From: a virus
Lineage: Duplodnaviria > Heunggongvirae > Uroviricota > Caudoviricetes
Direction: 5' to 3' (one strand)
Length of the DNA: 64,000 nucleotides
Virus record (IMG/VR): IMGVR_UViG_3300028797_000103
Span: 87,685 to 151,684 of that record
The position numbers and the translations under genes are program-made. Shown here piece by piece: positions 30,027 to 40,165 of the stretch; within the stretch, counting starts at the first letter, position 1; every line of letters begins with the position of its first letter. Under the pieces are notes generated by a model. The model was not told the origin of the DNA. It ran no database searches and saw only the letters and a program-made list of their open reading frames with translations.

Positions 30027-30684
30027 TTTTAATAAATTTGCGAAATCGCAGGGAATATCCGATTTGACGCTTGACGGATACACAAAAATGACAAGCGGGT
30101 ATATAAATCCAACAATCATCGAGGAAAGAAAACTGAATGTAGCCGCAATGGACGTTTTCAGCCGATTGCAGATGGACAGGATTATATTCCTCGGTTCAGA
30201 AATAAATGACGACGTTGCCAATATAATACAGGCACAGCTTCTTTATCTTTCGTCTATGAGTAAAGATCCAATTTCGCTGTACATTAACAGTCCCGGCGGT
30301 GTTGTCACATCTGGAATGGCAATATACGATACAATTCAACTAATAGAGCCTGAGGTCAGCACAATATGTACAGGGATGGCAGCTTCAATGGCGGCAGTTC
30401 TTTTCTGTTCCGGAGAGCACGGAAAACGGTCAATTCTTCCTCATTCAAGAGTTCTGATTCACCAGCCTCTTGGCGGAGCAAGCGGGCAGGCATCCGATAT
30501 TCTTATTGCGGCGAAAGAAATCGAAAGGACAAAGGAAGAACTTATAAGAATTATAGCTGAACATACAGGTCAGCCGTATGAAAAGGTTCTTACTGATGCA
30601 GATAGAGATTATTGGATGAACGCAAAGGAGGCTCTTGACTATGGCATTTGCGATAAGATACTTGACAAAAAGGCGAATAAATAA
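30019..30684 (+). CDS. clpP: ClpP-family serine protease
   Basis: The Ser region GMAASMAAV and His region LIHQPLGG are collinear with ClpP. Confidence 0.75.
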   Translation: MNDFNKFAKSQGISDLTLDGYTKMTSGYINPTIIEERKLNVAAMDVFSRLQMDRIIFLGSEINDDVANIIQAQLLYLSSMSKDPISLYINSPGGVVTSGMAIYDTIQLIEPEVSTICTGMAASMAAVLFCSGEHGKRSILPHSRVLIHQPLGGASGQASDILIAAKEIERTKEELIRIIAEHTGQPYEKVLTDADRDYWMNAKEALDYGICDKILDKKANK

Positions 30685-30711
30685 TCAAAAGTAAAACGCA
30701 AAAGCAAATAA

Positions 30712-31254
30712 TTGATTATGAAAAAGTACAATGAAGATGAAGTTAAGAGTTTGACAAAGGCTCAGATTTCTGAAAAACTTACTGAAGAGGGTGTTCTTTT
30801 CGATCCAGCATCAAAGAAGGATGAGCTTATTGCAAAGCTTCTTGATATAGAGCTTCCTGAACCAGAACAGGAACCAGAACCAGAAAATGAAGAAGGTCCG
30901 TCTGGTGTAGATGTCGAAGAAACATCAGGAGAAGAAGATGTTGATTCAACATCTGGCGATGATGATGAATCTGAAGAGGAACCAGATCAGCCGGAAGAAA
31001 CCGAGACTGTAGAAGAAACAGAGGCTGTAGAAGAAACCGGAGAGGAAGAAGTTGCCACGGAATCCGCCGGTGAAGAAGAGGATGAGCGATTCTCAAAGAT
31101 TGAAGACCTTGCCGAAGGATACTTGGCGGCGATTGACAATCTTCCTACAGGAAAGACGGAACAGGAACCAGAAGGCGCAGTTAAAGCTGTGTTTGCTGCA
31201 AGAGCAAAGGAAAGGGTTGGAACGGTTGCAGTGAGAGCCGCAAAGAGGTTCTAA
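30712..31254 (+). CDS. highly acidic protein (scaffold-like?)
   Basis: A Glu/Asp/Pro-rich central region follows the ClpP-family protease. Confidence 0.4.
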   Translation: MIMKKYNEDEVKSLTKAQISEKLTEEGVLFDPASKKDELIAKLLDIELPEPEQEPEPENEEGPSGVDVEETSGEEDVDSTSGDDDESEEEPDQPEETETVEETEAVEETGEEEVATESAGEEEDERFSKIEDLAEGYLAAIDNLPTGKTEQEPEGAVKAVFAARAKERVGTVAVRAAKRF

Positions 31255-31324
31255 TCAAAACTTAATCTTAATCATAGGACTTCCAGAAGGGAGTCCTATT
31301 TTCATATACGGATAAATAAGCTAT

Positions 31325-32515
31325 ATGAAGGATTATGAAATCGGAGCGTCGGTTGTAGAAACGAAACAACTGTCAGCCAAAGAAATAGAAGATAAACTTC
31401 TCGAAGCACTTAAGGCAACTTTTAACATCGAGGAGAGGATAGAGAATATCCAACAGGCGGTGTCCGATTTATTAAAGGAAGAGTGTGACGTCTGTAAGAT
31501 ACTTGAGTATATAGACAAGATAAAAAATATCATATCCGAAATAACCGGAATAGGTGATGACCTTGTAAACGGAATATCAAAGATATTGACCGAGGCGACG
31601 GCTGCTGTAAACAAGGCGATTGAAGCCGCAAAAGAAAAGGCACAAGAAGCGATAAACAAAGGAATTGAAGCTGCAAAAGATAAAGTGTCTGAAGGAAAAG
31701 ATGCTGCGAAGAATACTGTTGATTCTGAAACATCTGGAACGGAAGATGCAAACGCAGCTCTAGATAAAGATGCGCAAATACCAAGTGGTCTTGAAGATTT
31801 TAATGCATTTGGTATAATAATGAAACGCTTCCAGATATTAAAGCTCAGGATAAAGAGAATAATTCTTGTTCTTAAGCGTCTGGTTGCATTGACGTGCAGG
31901 GATACTCTTATTTGGGTTTTGTCTGGTGCTGGCTCAACAATGACGGCTCCAATAAACTCTGTCCTCTCAGCATTATCCGCAGTAGGCGCTGCGGCACAAA
32001 CTGTTCTAACAGCACTCGGACTTCTTCTTATGATTATACAGCCAATATTGGATATATTTGGAATAGAAGGTGGAGGAATGTCATTCTTTATGACACCAAA
32101 ATCACTGATAACCGCACCCGGATTGGCAGTTAGAATAAGTCAGATAAACGCCGGAATAACAACTCAGATACCTGAGCCTGTACAAAAGGTTGCAGATAAC
32201 GCCGTTCTTGCTGTAAAACAGGCGTACTCAAAAACAAAATTCGCAAAGATTGCGGCAATCGCAACGCAGGGTGCGGCCGCAGCAGCATCTGACGCTGGGT
32301 TCTCTGTTCCAAGTTTCGGTCCTGCGGAGGCATTTGATCCTAATAATATAAAGAAGGTAATACATATGGCGATAGAAGTTTTATTGATGGCGTATGCTGA
32401 GCCGTTACCAAGATATGAAAAACTGACGCCTGTAAATGTCAGATTCATGATGCATTTGGCATTAGCTTGGGAACCGACAGCCAAAAAGTGTTTCGGAATA
32501 CCGGGATTTCCATAA
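31325..32515 (+). CDS. hypothetical protein with coiled-coil N-half and hydrophobic C-half
   Basis: 396 aa. The N-terminal half is Ala/Lys/Glu-rich and the C-terminal half is Gly/Ala-rich and hydrophobic. Confidence 0.4.
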   Translation: MKDYEIGASVVETKQLSAKEIEDKLLEALKATFNIEERIENIQQAVSDLLKEECDVCKILEYIDKIKNIISEITGIGDDLVNGISKILTEATAAVNKAIEAAKEKAQEAINKGIEAAKDKVSEGKDAAKNTVDSETSGTEDANAALDKDAQIPSGLEDFNAFGIIMKRFQILKLRIKRIILVLKRLVALTCRDTLIWVLSGAGSTMTAPINSVLSALSAVGAAAQTVLTALGLLLMIIQPILDIFGIEGGGMSFFMTPKSLITAPGLAVRISQINAGITTQIPEPVQKVADNAVLAVKQAYSKTKFAKIAAIATQGAAAAASDAGFSVPSFGPAEAFDPNNIKKVIHMAIEVLLMAYAEPLPRYEKLTPVNVRFMMHLALAWEPTAKKCFGIPGFP

Positions 32516-32520
32516 TAAAA

Positions 32521-32548
32521 AAAGAGACCAACGCGGTCTCTTTTTATT
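32521..32548. terminator. rho-independent terminator
   Basis: agagacc-aacgc-ggtctct followed by TTTTT. Confidence 0.6.
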
Positions 32549-33050
32549 TGTATATTCTATAAACCTTTCCTTCTTTATCAGCCCATTTCTCCCACGGCTG
32601 ATTGTAATACCATTTAGAAGATTTGACGTAATCCCATTTTGAATGAAACAATCTGTCATATATGTTTCCGCATAAAGATGGTAGACCTATTACTATTAAA
32701 TATAACCATCCTAATTTTTTAGATTGTATTGTGTGTCCGTATTCGTGTTTGAAAGAATTCGATTCTTCCCTGTATTCATATTTGAATATAACATATTTAC
32801 CCAATGATATTCCGGAAGGCATCGACGGTGAAACCCAATATTCTATTCCATTGTAGTCATCATATTTGTAGCATCTGTCTCCGTCGATCATCTTATAATA
32901 CCAGATGAGAATCAAACCAAGAAGGTTTTGTGGTAGTTGCCAGATATAAAGTAATATGTTTTTCAGAGTTTTCACAACAGTTTGTTTTCTTTTATTATTT
33001 ATTTTCAGTATATTTGCAAAGTAAAACACCAGATCATAAAAATGACTCAA
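32544..33050 (-). CDS. hypothetical protein
   Basis: 168-aa ORF on the minus strand. Confidence 0.4.
   Translation of the reverse strand: MSHFYDLVFYFANILKINNKRKQTVVKTLKNILLYIWQLPQNLLGLILIWYYKMIDGDRCYKYDDYNGIEYWVSPSMPSGISLGKYVIFKYEYREESNSFKHEYGHTIQSKKLGWLYLIVIGLPSLCGNIYDRLFHSKWDYVKSSKWYYNQPWEKWADKEGKVYRIYK
33008..33020 (+). promoter_or_regulatory. conserved promoter box gTATATTTGcaaa
   Basis: Located 22 nt upstream of ATG 33042. Confidence 0.5.
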
Positions 33051-33224
33051 ACAATGACGTTAATAATAGTGTTGTCTGTTGCTATAGTCGTGGCATTTGT
33101 AGCAGGAATAATTCTTGGAAAGCAGGTAACTTCTAGAATCGCTTATCTTGAAGGAGTTAGTGATGGAAAATCTGGCATGTACATATACGCAAAAAGAAGA
33201 AACGTAAAAGAATATTATGAATAG
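33042..33224 (+). CDS. small single-pass membrane protein
   Basis: MTQTMTLIIVLSVAIVVAFVAGIILG forms a TM helix. The start was chosen after the promoter box. Confidence 0.4.
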   Translation: MTQTMTLIIVLSVAIVVAFVAGIILGKQVTSRIAYLEGVSDGKSGMYIYAKRRNVKEYYE

Positions 33225-33678
33225 AGCTCAAGCCGTTGAGATAGTAAAGGCTAAACTTTCTGGATACGCTGACGTAAACGATTTCAATTATTTTCATGCG
33301 CTGTCAACTCTTGTCCCAGAACTTATAGATAAGGAGACTGAGGAGACATCTGACGGATTTCACACCTTCGGCGAATTGTATAAATATCGTCTTTTATACA
33401 ATGCTGCGTTTTTCAACAGCATATCAAACTTTTATGACGTACATAAGAGTTGGAGACACAGCGATGGCGAAGAATGCTTTGGTGGAGGATGGTTCATTGT
33501 AATGGCTGAACTTCCAACCGGACAAATTTCCAACCACTATGAAGCGAAATATTGGGATCTGTTTAAGATTCCTGTGAAAGAAAACGCCAACATATGGGAT
33601 GGTCATACACCAAACGATGCGGCAAATAGACTTCAAAAATTCATAGAAGGATATGTTGAGGTGGAGAATTTGCAGTAA
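33217..33678 (+). CDS. hypothetical protein
   Basis: 153-aa ORF. Confidence 0.4.
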   Translation: MNRAQAVEIVKAKLSGYADVNDFNYFHALSTLVPELIDKETEETSDGFHTFGELYKYRLLYNAAFFNSISNFYDVHKSWRHSDGEECFGGGWFIVMAELPTGQISNHYEAKYWDLFKIPVKENANIWDGHTPNDAANRLQKFIEGYVEVENLQ

Positions 33679-33929
33679 TTTCTAAAAAGTTTCAAAAATT
33701 TTGTAATAAATAGTAAAAACCACGTTAAATTATTTTCAGCAATGATGCGTTCAAATCTATATGTTTCCCTTAAACCGGTCAAGAATGATTGGTTTAGAGG
33801 AGCATCATATGATATAGAACCAGCTAGGATAAGTTAACGGAAGGCAATTCGTGCTTGGGCACTCAAACATATAAAACTAACAACAGGCATCCTTCCGACC
33901 AAAAAATCAGGAGGATGTTTTTATTTTAA

Positions 33930-34202
33930 ATGAATTATTTGTTTAATATGAAAGAGTTGATTATAATAGCAGCATCGTTTGCTTTGCTTGTAATGATAGT
34001 AGATTATTACTATGTGAAGCTCGGCGATAAGTTCAGAAAGGATCCCTTTACATACAGGGTTGTGAAGAAAGGAAAGATATTTTCTGAAATCGAATTGCTG
34101 AGGAATAATTCGGACGAGGGAACCGGGCAGAAAAGCAAAATTTCAAACGTAAGACTTTCAATGACTTACCTGAAAGTTGACGAAAAGCAAGAAAAAAAGT
34201 AA
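33930..34202 (+). CDS. small membrane protein
   Basis: 90 aa with an N-terminal hydrophobic helix. Confidence 0.35.
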   Translation: MNYLFNMKELIIIAASFALLVMIVDYYYVKLGDKFRKDPFTYRVVKKGKIFSEIELLRNNSDEGTGQKSKISNVRLSMTYLKVDEKQEKK

Positions 34203-34328
34203 ACCATTTTCTTGCATAAATGAAAAATTAGTTGTACATTTGCAACGTCAAACACACAGACATTGTAGATGACAACAAAAAAATAAAAAACATTTTCGCA
34301 AAATATTTGCAAGTTTCAAAACTTTGCC

Positions 34329-34341
34329 GTATATTTGCAAA
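34329..34341 (+). promoter_or_regulatory. conserved promoter box (plus variants at 34233 and 34301)
   Basis: Three tandem boxes lie upstream of the tRNA array. Confidence 0.5.
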
Positions 34342-34641
34342 AAACTTCGGGGTAACCCGTAAGGTCTTTGACAATACTGACAAAACGAATCAATCGCGAT
34401 TTGATATGTGAATTGATAATCGCAAAACAATAGACGTCGGGGAGAGGGAACGATGGTGAGTCCCAACGGACAGTCACCCTCTCCCCAGTCGATAAGGAAA
34501 TTGAATCGTCCACTGTGAAGATAACTTCTGCTAGGAGCTTGAGTTTATCGCTTCCGCCGGAACGCTCTGTCTTTACAGCCGTCCTATTTGGTCGATATCA
34601 TTTTATTTTAAGAGATTATTTGGTTTCCTTTTATTTTTAAT

Positions 34642-34714
34642 CGGGGTGTAGCTCAGTTGGTAGAGTACGTGGTTTGGGACCATGGGGTCGCAGGTTCGAG
34701 CCCTGTCACCCCGA
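34642..34714 (+). tRNA. tRNA-Pro(TGG)
   Basis: Hand-folded cloverleaf. Acceptor CGGGGTG/CACCCCG and anticodon loop TTTGGGA. Confidence 0.7.
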
Positions 34715-34938
34715 CAAAGCATAGAGAGGTCAGAAAGATTCTTCGCATCGAGTTGAGGTTAACTTTAAACTCATTTTGCGACGTTTGGACTATTCGCTAA
34801 GCGTTTGTCGGTTACGAAAAAACAGAATCAGGTATGGTATAGGATGTAGGGGAAATACGAAATCCGTCCCCGAACCAAGGTGAGTTCCTGCTGAATATGA
34901 AGGATCGTGTAGACAGGAACGAGTATCTGTGCTTTAAT

Positions 34939-35023
34939 GGGGAGGCTGCTCAGATGGCGGATGGGCGCCGGACTGTAAATCCGGTACAAGGAAACACAGT
35001 GGGTTCGAATCCCACCCTCCCCA
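34939..35023 (+). tRNA. tRNA-Tyr(GTA), long variable arm; D-arm atypical
   Basis: Acceptor GGGGAGG/CCTCCCC, anticodon stem CCGGA/TCCGG with loop CTGTAAA, and T-arm GTGGGTTCGAATCCCAC. Confidence 0.55.
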
Positions 35024-35264
35024 CTTGCGACTTGGTGAAAAATGTGCCTGTAAAAAGTCTAATCAGTGTAGTATGTGAGGCTAGCATATGATGGTTTAGC
35101 TGGGTCCTTTAGTATGAAATCCTGATGGTGCGGCCGCAACTGACGGAAAGTAAAAAACAGGTTTGGAGTCATCACGCCCCGTATCATAGTGGGGTATTTA
35201 CGTGGAAGTCGTAGGTCGCTACCATTACGAGACTTAGGTCTTGATAAAAACAAACTAAACAAAA

Positions 35265-35510
35265 ATGAATAGCACCAACAAAGAAACTTTGAAGGAGTTT
35301 GGTAAAGCAGCGCTTCTCATAATTTTGGGTCTCGTTGTAATCATCACTTCAGCCGGTGTTTGGAACGGTGTTGCTTCACACACAATCGATTCATTCTACG
35401 GTTGGGTAGCAGGTCTTAACTTAGTTGCCGAGGGCTTCGGAATCTGGAGTCTTTACAAATGGCTGTTCAAAAAGAAAGTCGAAGACAAGGAGAAGAAGGA
35501 TGGGAACTGA
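35265..35510 (+). CDS. small membrane protein
   Basis: 81 aa with two hydrophobic helices, embedded in the tRNA region. Confidence 0.35.
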   Translation: MNSTNKETLKEFGKAALLIILGLVVIITSAGVWNGVASHTIDSFYGWVAGLNLVAEGFGIWSLYKWLFKKKVEDKEKKDGN

Positions 35511-35587
35511 TGCCTAAAGAACAAAATCGGTTAATCTCGACTGTTGTCGAGCTTCGGGATTTATGACAGGGTCCTTAACCGATAAAT

Positions 35588-35666
35588 GCGGACGTATCGC
35601 CACTGTCTTATACACAGTCATTAACAGCGTAATTGGGGTATGGGAGTTCGAGTCTCTCCGTCCGTA
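35588..35666 (+). tRNA. tRNA-like element with anticodon-like hairpin ACTGT-CTTATAC-ACAGT (TAT) but no canonical D-arm
   Basis: Acceptor GCGGACG/CGTCCGT and T-arm GGGAGTTCGAGTCTCTC. Possibly degenerate. Confidence 0.3.
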
Positions 35667-35673
35667 CTAATAT

Positions 35674-35761
35674 CGCGGGTTAGAGAAGTTGGTCATCTCG
35701 CCGGTCTCATAAGCCGGAACTGGACAAAATCTGGTCGGGGGTTCGAATCCTTCACCCGCTA
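35674..35761 (+). tRNA. tRNA-Met(CAT)-like with ~14-nt insertion in variable region
   Basis: The anticodon arm CCGGT-CTCATAA-GCCGG is identical to the tRNA at 42693. D-arm GAGA/TCTC. The variable region is unusually long. Confidence 0.45.
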
Positions 35762-36748
35762 CAAAACAAATCGGTATCCGTCTGGTCGGAAAAGTAAGGT
35801 GAGGTTGGAAGAGTCCTCGCAAAACGTCGATCCGTACGCCTGAAAAAACAAAACAGCACTACCGGTTAGACTTATAGAGAGGTGAAATGATATATCCTCC
35901 GATGTAGCCGAATCACTCTGGGATTGGAAGACAACAGAGCGGCGAACTTCCAGCGAGCAGTGCTCGCCTCGACGTAGTGTCGATATTGCTAGACAGGTCT
36001 TCTCACAAGATGCTCGAAGTGTTATTTATTGGGAGAGAGAGCCCCAAGAAGTCCAAAGGGAACGCGTTTAACTTCAGAACGCAGAGGACCGATGCAAGAC
36101 AGTCACGAAGCGATAACTTTTCACGAGAGTGGCAAATCACAACAAAAATTTTTCTGGTCAAGTTCTATGGGAAAAGTAAAGCCCGTGACGATGCCACAGT
36201 TGATCGGTGTTCGTTCTACCGGATACAGGAACGTTCGTAGCGGATGTACCGTTACGTTGACAGATTAGACAATCAATTGCTGGATACGGGATACGCAGAA
36301 AGAGGAAGACCGCTCGTCATAATGACGGGAATTTCTTTACGGTGGTTATACTTTTACACCTTTTTCGATCTTCTTGCGTTGTGATTTTTTTATGATTAAT
36401 GTTGATTTAAAAATATATGCAGGATTAGCCTCATGGCGAACTTGCGCAAAAACGGTTTACGCCGACCTTAAAGCGCGTCGTGGAGATATGCGTCAATATC
36501 GGTGGCACGGTGCAAGACCACGGATGTACAGCCGCAACAAAGCACTAAGGGAGAGGTAACGTTACTCCTTAAAACTATATTTTTGGAGTAGGCATGTGAA
36601 CGCCGAGGGACCAAGTTTTGAAACGTTAATAGAAACTGGGGAACGGTGTCTGTGGCAAATCGTGAAGGAAGTGAGGGTGCAAATCCCCTACCACATTTAT
36701 TTGTGGTGTCAATAGTAGCGTTTTACACAGATACAAAAATCACCAAAT

Positions 36749-36820
36749 GGGGCGGTAGCTCAGTGGTAGAGCACTGGACTGAAAATCCAGGTGTCGGCAG
36801 TTCAACTCTGCCCCGCCCCA
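36749..36820 (+). tRNA. tRNA-Phe(GAA)
   Basis: GGGGCGG...CTGGA-CTGAAAA-TCCAG...TTCAACT...CCGCCCC A. Confidence 0.8.
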
Positions 36821-37302
36821 CAAAGTCTTGATTTTACACAAACCGAAAGGGTCGGTCACTGTGTTGACATCTTGTGACAATGAGCGCTACCAAGTATAAA
36901 ATTGCCGTGACGTGCACTCATGTGAAATGGTATAGTAGGAGCAATGGTAAGTCCGGTGCCTCAATATCTCTTAAAGATGCTGTCGGTTCGAAACGGCGGC
37001 GGAGTGGCTAGAAAGACGGAACCCACCTTGAGAGGTGCAAATCTAAGGTAAGCCTGCAAGAATAATCAAGACATCGGTACAGCTTTATCCCGAACAGTAG
37101 TAGGGTCCGGTTGGGCGTGAGTTCGAATCTGCAAGCGGCGAAGTGTAACTCTTCAACGCGATGGTTTTCCAAAAACCGGGTATAGCTTAGGGGTTGTGTA
37201 CAGACTCCGTTCAGTTATGATTGAATAACCAAAGCGAGGTGTCGCAGGAAGTCGCATCGGGGAGTGAAGTTGCTATTCTCCCCTTTTTTAGAAATTTGGA
37301 TC

Positions 37303-37375
37303 GACCTCGTAGCTCAGTTGGTAGAGCACGACACTTTTAATGTCGGGGTCACGGGTTCGAGCCCCGTCGGGGTCA
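37303..37375 (+). tRNA. tRNA-Lys(TTT)
   Basis: GACCTCG TA GCTC...CGACA-CTTTTAA-TGTCG...TTCGAGC...CGGGGTC A. Confidence 0.8.
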
Positions 37376-37463
37376 CAGCAATTGTCGCAGTCAGAAAATG
37401 TACAAGGAACATGCTTGCTTAACAGCAGATACAATAATGGTGTTCTGGAGATTGTGACCTTTG

Positions 37464-37536
37464 CTCTCTTAGCTCAGTTGGTAGAGCACGACACTCTTAA
37501 TGTTGGGGTCCAGGGTTCGAGCCCCTGAGGGAGCAC
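37464..37536 (+). tRNA. tRNA-Lys(CTT)
   Basis: GCTCTCT TA GCTC...CGACA-CTCTTAA-TGTTG...TTCGAGC...AGGGAGC A. Confidence 0.8.
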
Positions 37537-38115
37537 GAGGTGTAAGTTTCATCGGGTTGGCGCACGCAGGCGAATTCCTGCGCATACGAAAAGAAAGCGA
37601 ACTCGGTCTAATCCATTGAGAGAATGGTAATATGAATGTCCAATAGCTCAGAGGAAGAGCAGCGGGACCACCGTTTGTCGGGATTTCGAAATTCCCTTGG
37701 GCATCAACACCTATGCGAACACATAAGTTTAGGCGGGCTGGCATTGCGGGTTGCAAACCCTTTGTCGGTTTATGTCGCGTTGAACGATCGGGGATAGTCA
37801 ACGATTCCAAACTGGATGAAAGCTGTTTAATACGGTACCTAAAACTTCAGCTTAGCGTTTAAGTGGATAGTTGCAAAAGTTGCCTCTGACACAGAGCGAA
37901 GAAGTGGGTTCGACTCCCGCACGCGATACAAAATAGCATTTGCAAAAGACGTCGTGCATCTAAAAGCAAGCGATACGCCAAAGTCTACGTACCTTTTGAG
38001 ATGACTACTGCGCAGTTAAAGTCGCTCACCTGTGTGTCGGAACTGGTCTGGGATTGTACCAGAGTTTAAGCTGATGGAAACACTGTATAAGAGATATTGT
38101 TTGTGCTATTATATT

Positions 38116-38187
38116 GGGGCAGTAGCTCAGCGGTAGAGCAGCGGACTGTTAATCCGCTGGTCGTAGGTTCGAATCCTACCTGCCCCG
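38116..38187 (+). tRNA. tRNA-Asn(GTT)
   Basis: GGGGCAG TA GCTC...GCGGA-CTGTTAA-TCCGC...TTCGAAT...CTGCCCC G. Confidence 0.8.
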
Positions 38188-39023
38188 CGAAACTTATTAC
38201 CATATTATCTTTCGGAGAAATGGTTGGATAAAGCTCGCGTGGAAGACGGCAATTGTCCGTAAAAGTTCAGTTAAAGGTTATCTTCCTTCATCAAGACGCT
38301 GAGTGTCGGTCACTCACCCAATCCCACACTGGGAATCCGCAGAATAGGCTTAATTGTGCATCGCTAATATGCGGACGGAATCTTGTAGCACAACATTGGT
38401 TTCGGAGGAAGTTCGAATCTTCCCGTCTTGGCAACAGCAGGCATCGGAAGGAATGCGACGGGATCCCCATTAGAGAGCTGACTGCTCTAGATGGTTCTTA
38501 TTCTAAATGTAGACCTTGAAGCCACGGAGATTGGTAGAAGAATAATGCGAATCTGGCGGTATCTCCACAACGCGTCGTTCGCAAAATGGTTGGGTTTAGT
38601 CGCTGATGTCGCCATAATGTATAAGTCCTGCTGACGTAAAAGTCGTTGATTCCGGCTGACCACTTTGCTGAGTAGGCGTCAAATTGGAGAAGTGATGCTG
38701 AGGGGGCATAGTAAAAGAACCGCGTAGTATGCGAAGAGAAATTCCGTCATTAACTCCAAATATAAGTCGGGGTGGCTAGCAAAGGGAACGGTTCCGGTCC
38801 AATATCATAAAAATCCTTATGAAATCTGAGACAATCACGAGTCGGAATGGGTACAATTTGAAAAAATTGGGTTGCGGAGAAGATAACTCTTCATGCATTT
38901 ACATCGGAAGAACACAGTAGCAAAATTAACCTGAGGTGGGCTCACCCTCTTGAAAAAATAGAGGATAAGCAAGAACAGAGAGTACATAGTTTATTTAAAA
39001 CATCCGATGACCAACATTATAAC

Positions 39024-39098
39024 GTGCCATTAGCTCAGGTAGAAGAGCCGAGGGGCTTTGCCCCACACGTGTCGGCGGTGCAAATCCGTCATGGTGCG
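39024..39098 (+). tRNA. tRNA-like, atypical anticodon arm (possible Lys-TTT-like; C33, 6-bp stem/5-nt loop alternative)
   Basis: Acceptor GTGCCAT/ATGGTGC with a canonical D-arm. The anticodon region is GAGGG-GCTTTGC-CCCAC and the T-loop is TGCAAAT. Confidence 0.3.
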
Positions 39099-39104
39099 TA
39101 TTTC

Positions 39105-39179
39105 GGGAGGTTAGCTCAGTTGGTTTAGAGCATCTGCCTTACAAGCAGAGGGTCACTGGTTCGAATCCAGTACCTCCCA
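39105..39179 (+). tRNA. tRNA-Val(TAC)
   Basis: GGGAGGT TA GCTC...TCTGC-CTTACAA-GCAGA...TTCGAAT...ACCTCCC A. Confidence 0.8.
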
Positions 39180-39507
39180 CTAGAGATACTTGAGGTTCTC
39201 GACAAATGAACAAAGTACACGTTCACCAGAGATAAACACAGGAACTGACGTGGTGTATAAACAGGAAAAGCACGCAAGTAACAACATAGGCGATTTCGAA
39301 TACCCTATGGCTCTACCCAAACGGCGTTGTTTCGCCGTTATAAAAACAACTAATCAATTACTATGAAAAAGAATTATTTCTTTGGGTAGGTTTCTTCGGA
39401 TTCCTCCATTGTTCTTGAGAAAGTGATGCCTCCTTAATGTTTCGTTTTATTTTTACCTTTAATCTTTTACCAAAATCTTTAATCTTAAAACTAAAACGAA
39501 AACAATT

Positions 39508-39837
39508 ATGAAAGCAAATATCTTAAAATTCAAGAACGACATTAAGGCTCTCGTTGAAGAGCAGAAAGTTAACAAACTCAACAGGAAGACCGACAGGCTT
39601 CCGGAAAACTTTGTCCGCACAAAACCAGCATGGCAAGCAGCCGAGGACGCAAAGTCTCTCAAATACACACTTGAATGTGCGTATATGGCTTATGCAATCC
39701 TTCGCGGAAAGGATGATGAATTTCTTTCTAAGATCGATAATGACTGGGAATACATCAAGTCTTGTTATCAAACTAGAAAGTTCGTTGACAAGTATGCGGA
39801 CGAAAATCCAGAATCAGTTGCAGGAGAAGCAGCATAA
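39508..39837 (+). CDS. hypothetical protein
   Basis: 109-aa ORF inside the tRNA array. Confidence 0.4.
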   Translation: MKANILKFKNDIKALVEEQKVNKLNRKTDRLPENFVRTKPAWQAAEDAKSLKYTLECAYMAYAILRGKDDEFLSKIDNDWEYIKSCYQTRKFVDKYADENPESVAGEAA

Positions 39838-40117
39838 TCGGCTTTATATAATAGTCGATAAAAGTCTAGACCCAGTTTATGGGTGCGTTCAAGGCGGTCA
39901 TGCTGCTTGTCAGTTTTTACTGGAACATCCTGACAGTGATTGGAAAAACGATTATTTGATTTATCTGTACGGAGACGTTGAGAAAGTCAGATATAAGTTG
40001 AGTCGCACCGACAAACGATTCTCTGAGTTTAAGGAACCCGATCTCGGTGGCATGTTGACTTCACTTGCTGTGGAGGATGATGGAAGGATGTTCAGGAACT
40101 ATAAATTAGTTTCCTGA
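39799..40117 (+). CDS. PTH2-like (peptidyl-tRNA hydrolase 2 family?) small protein
   Basis: The motif VYGCVQGGHAACQF resembles the PTH2 G-x-AAQC-HAA region. The start is uncertain because the frame is open from 39554 and overlaps the upstream gene. Confidence 0.3.
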
Positions 40118-40165
40118 CGTCTTGTTGTTTAGACCTTTTCCGGCTGTGGGTAACAACCGGATTCT

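Noticed and set aside
30712-32515. Calling the acidic protein and the coiled-coil protein after the ClpP-family protease a scaffold and capsid maturation module.
   Set aside because: No major capsid or portal gene is visible in the window, and the protease looks like an authentic ClpP family member. This is kept only as a low-weight alternative inside a finding.
35640-36831. Small ORFs of 60-90 aa predicted in the tRNA region, including 35640-35843, 35977-36240, 36029-36268, 36374-36559 and 36646-36831.
   Set aside because: They overlap each other in different frames and overlap hand-folded tRNAs such as tRNA-Met at 35674 and tRNA-Phe at 36749. They have no start-site context, so the region is most likely non-coding.
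36900-37300. Additional tRNAs suggested by the TTCGAAT strings at 36960 and 37118.
   Set aside because: The flanking bases do not form T-stems or acceptor stems on either strand when tested by hand. The stretch is left as unassigned spacer.
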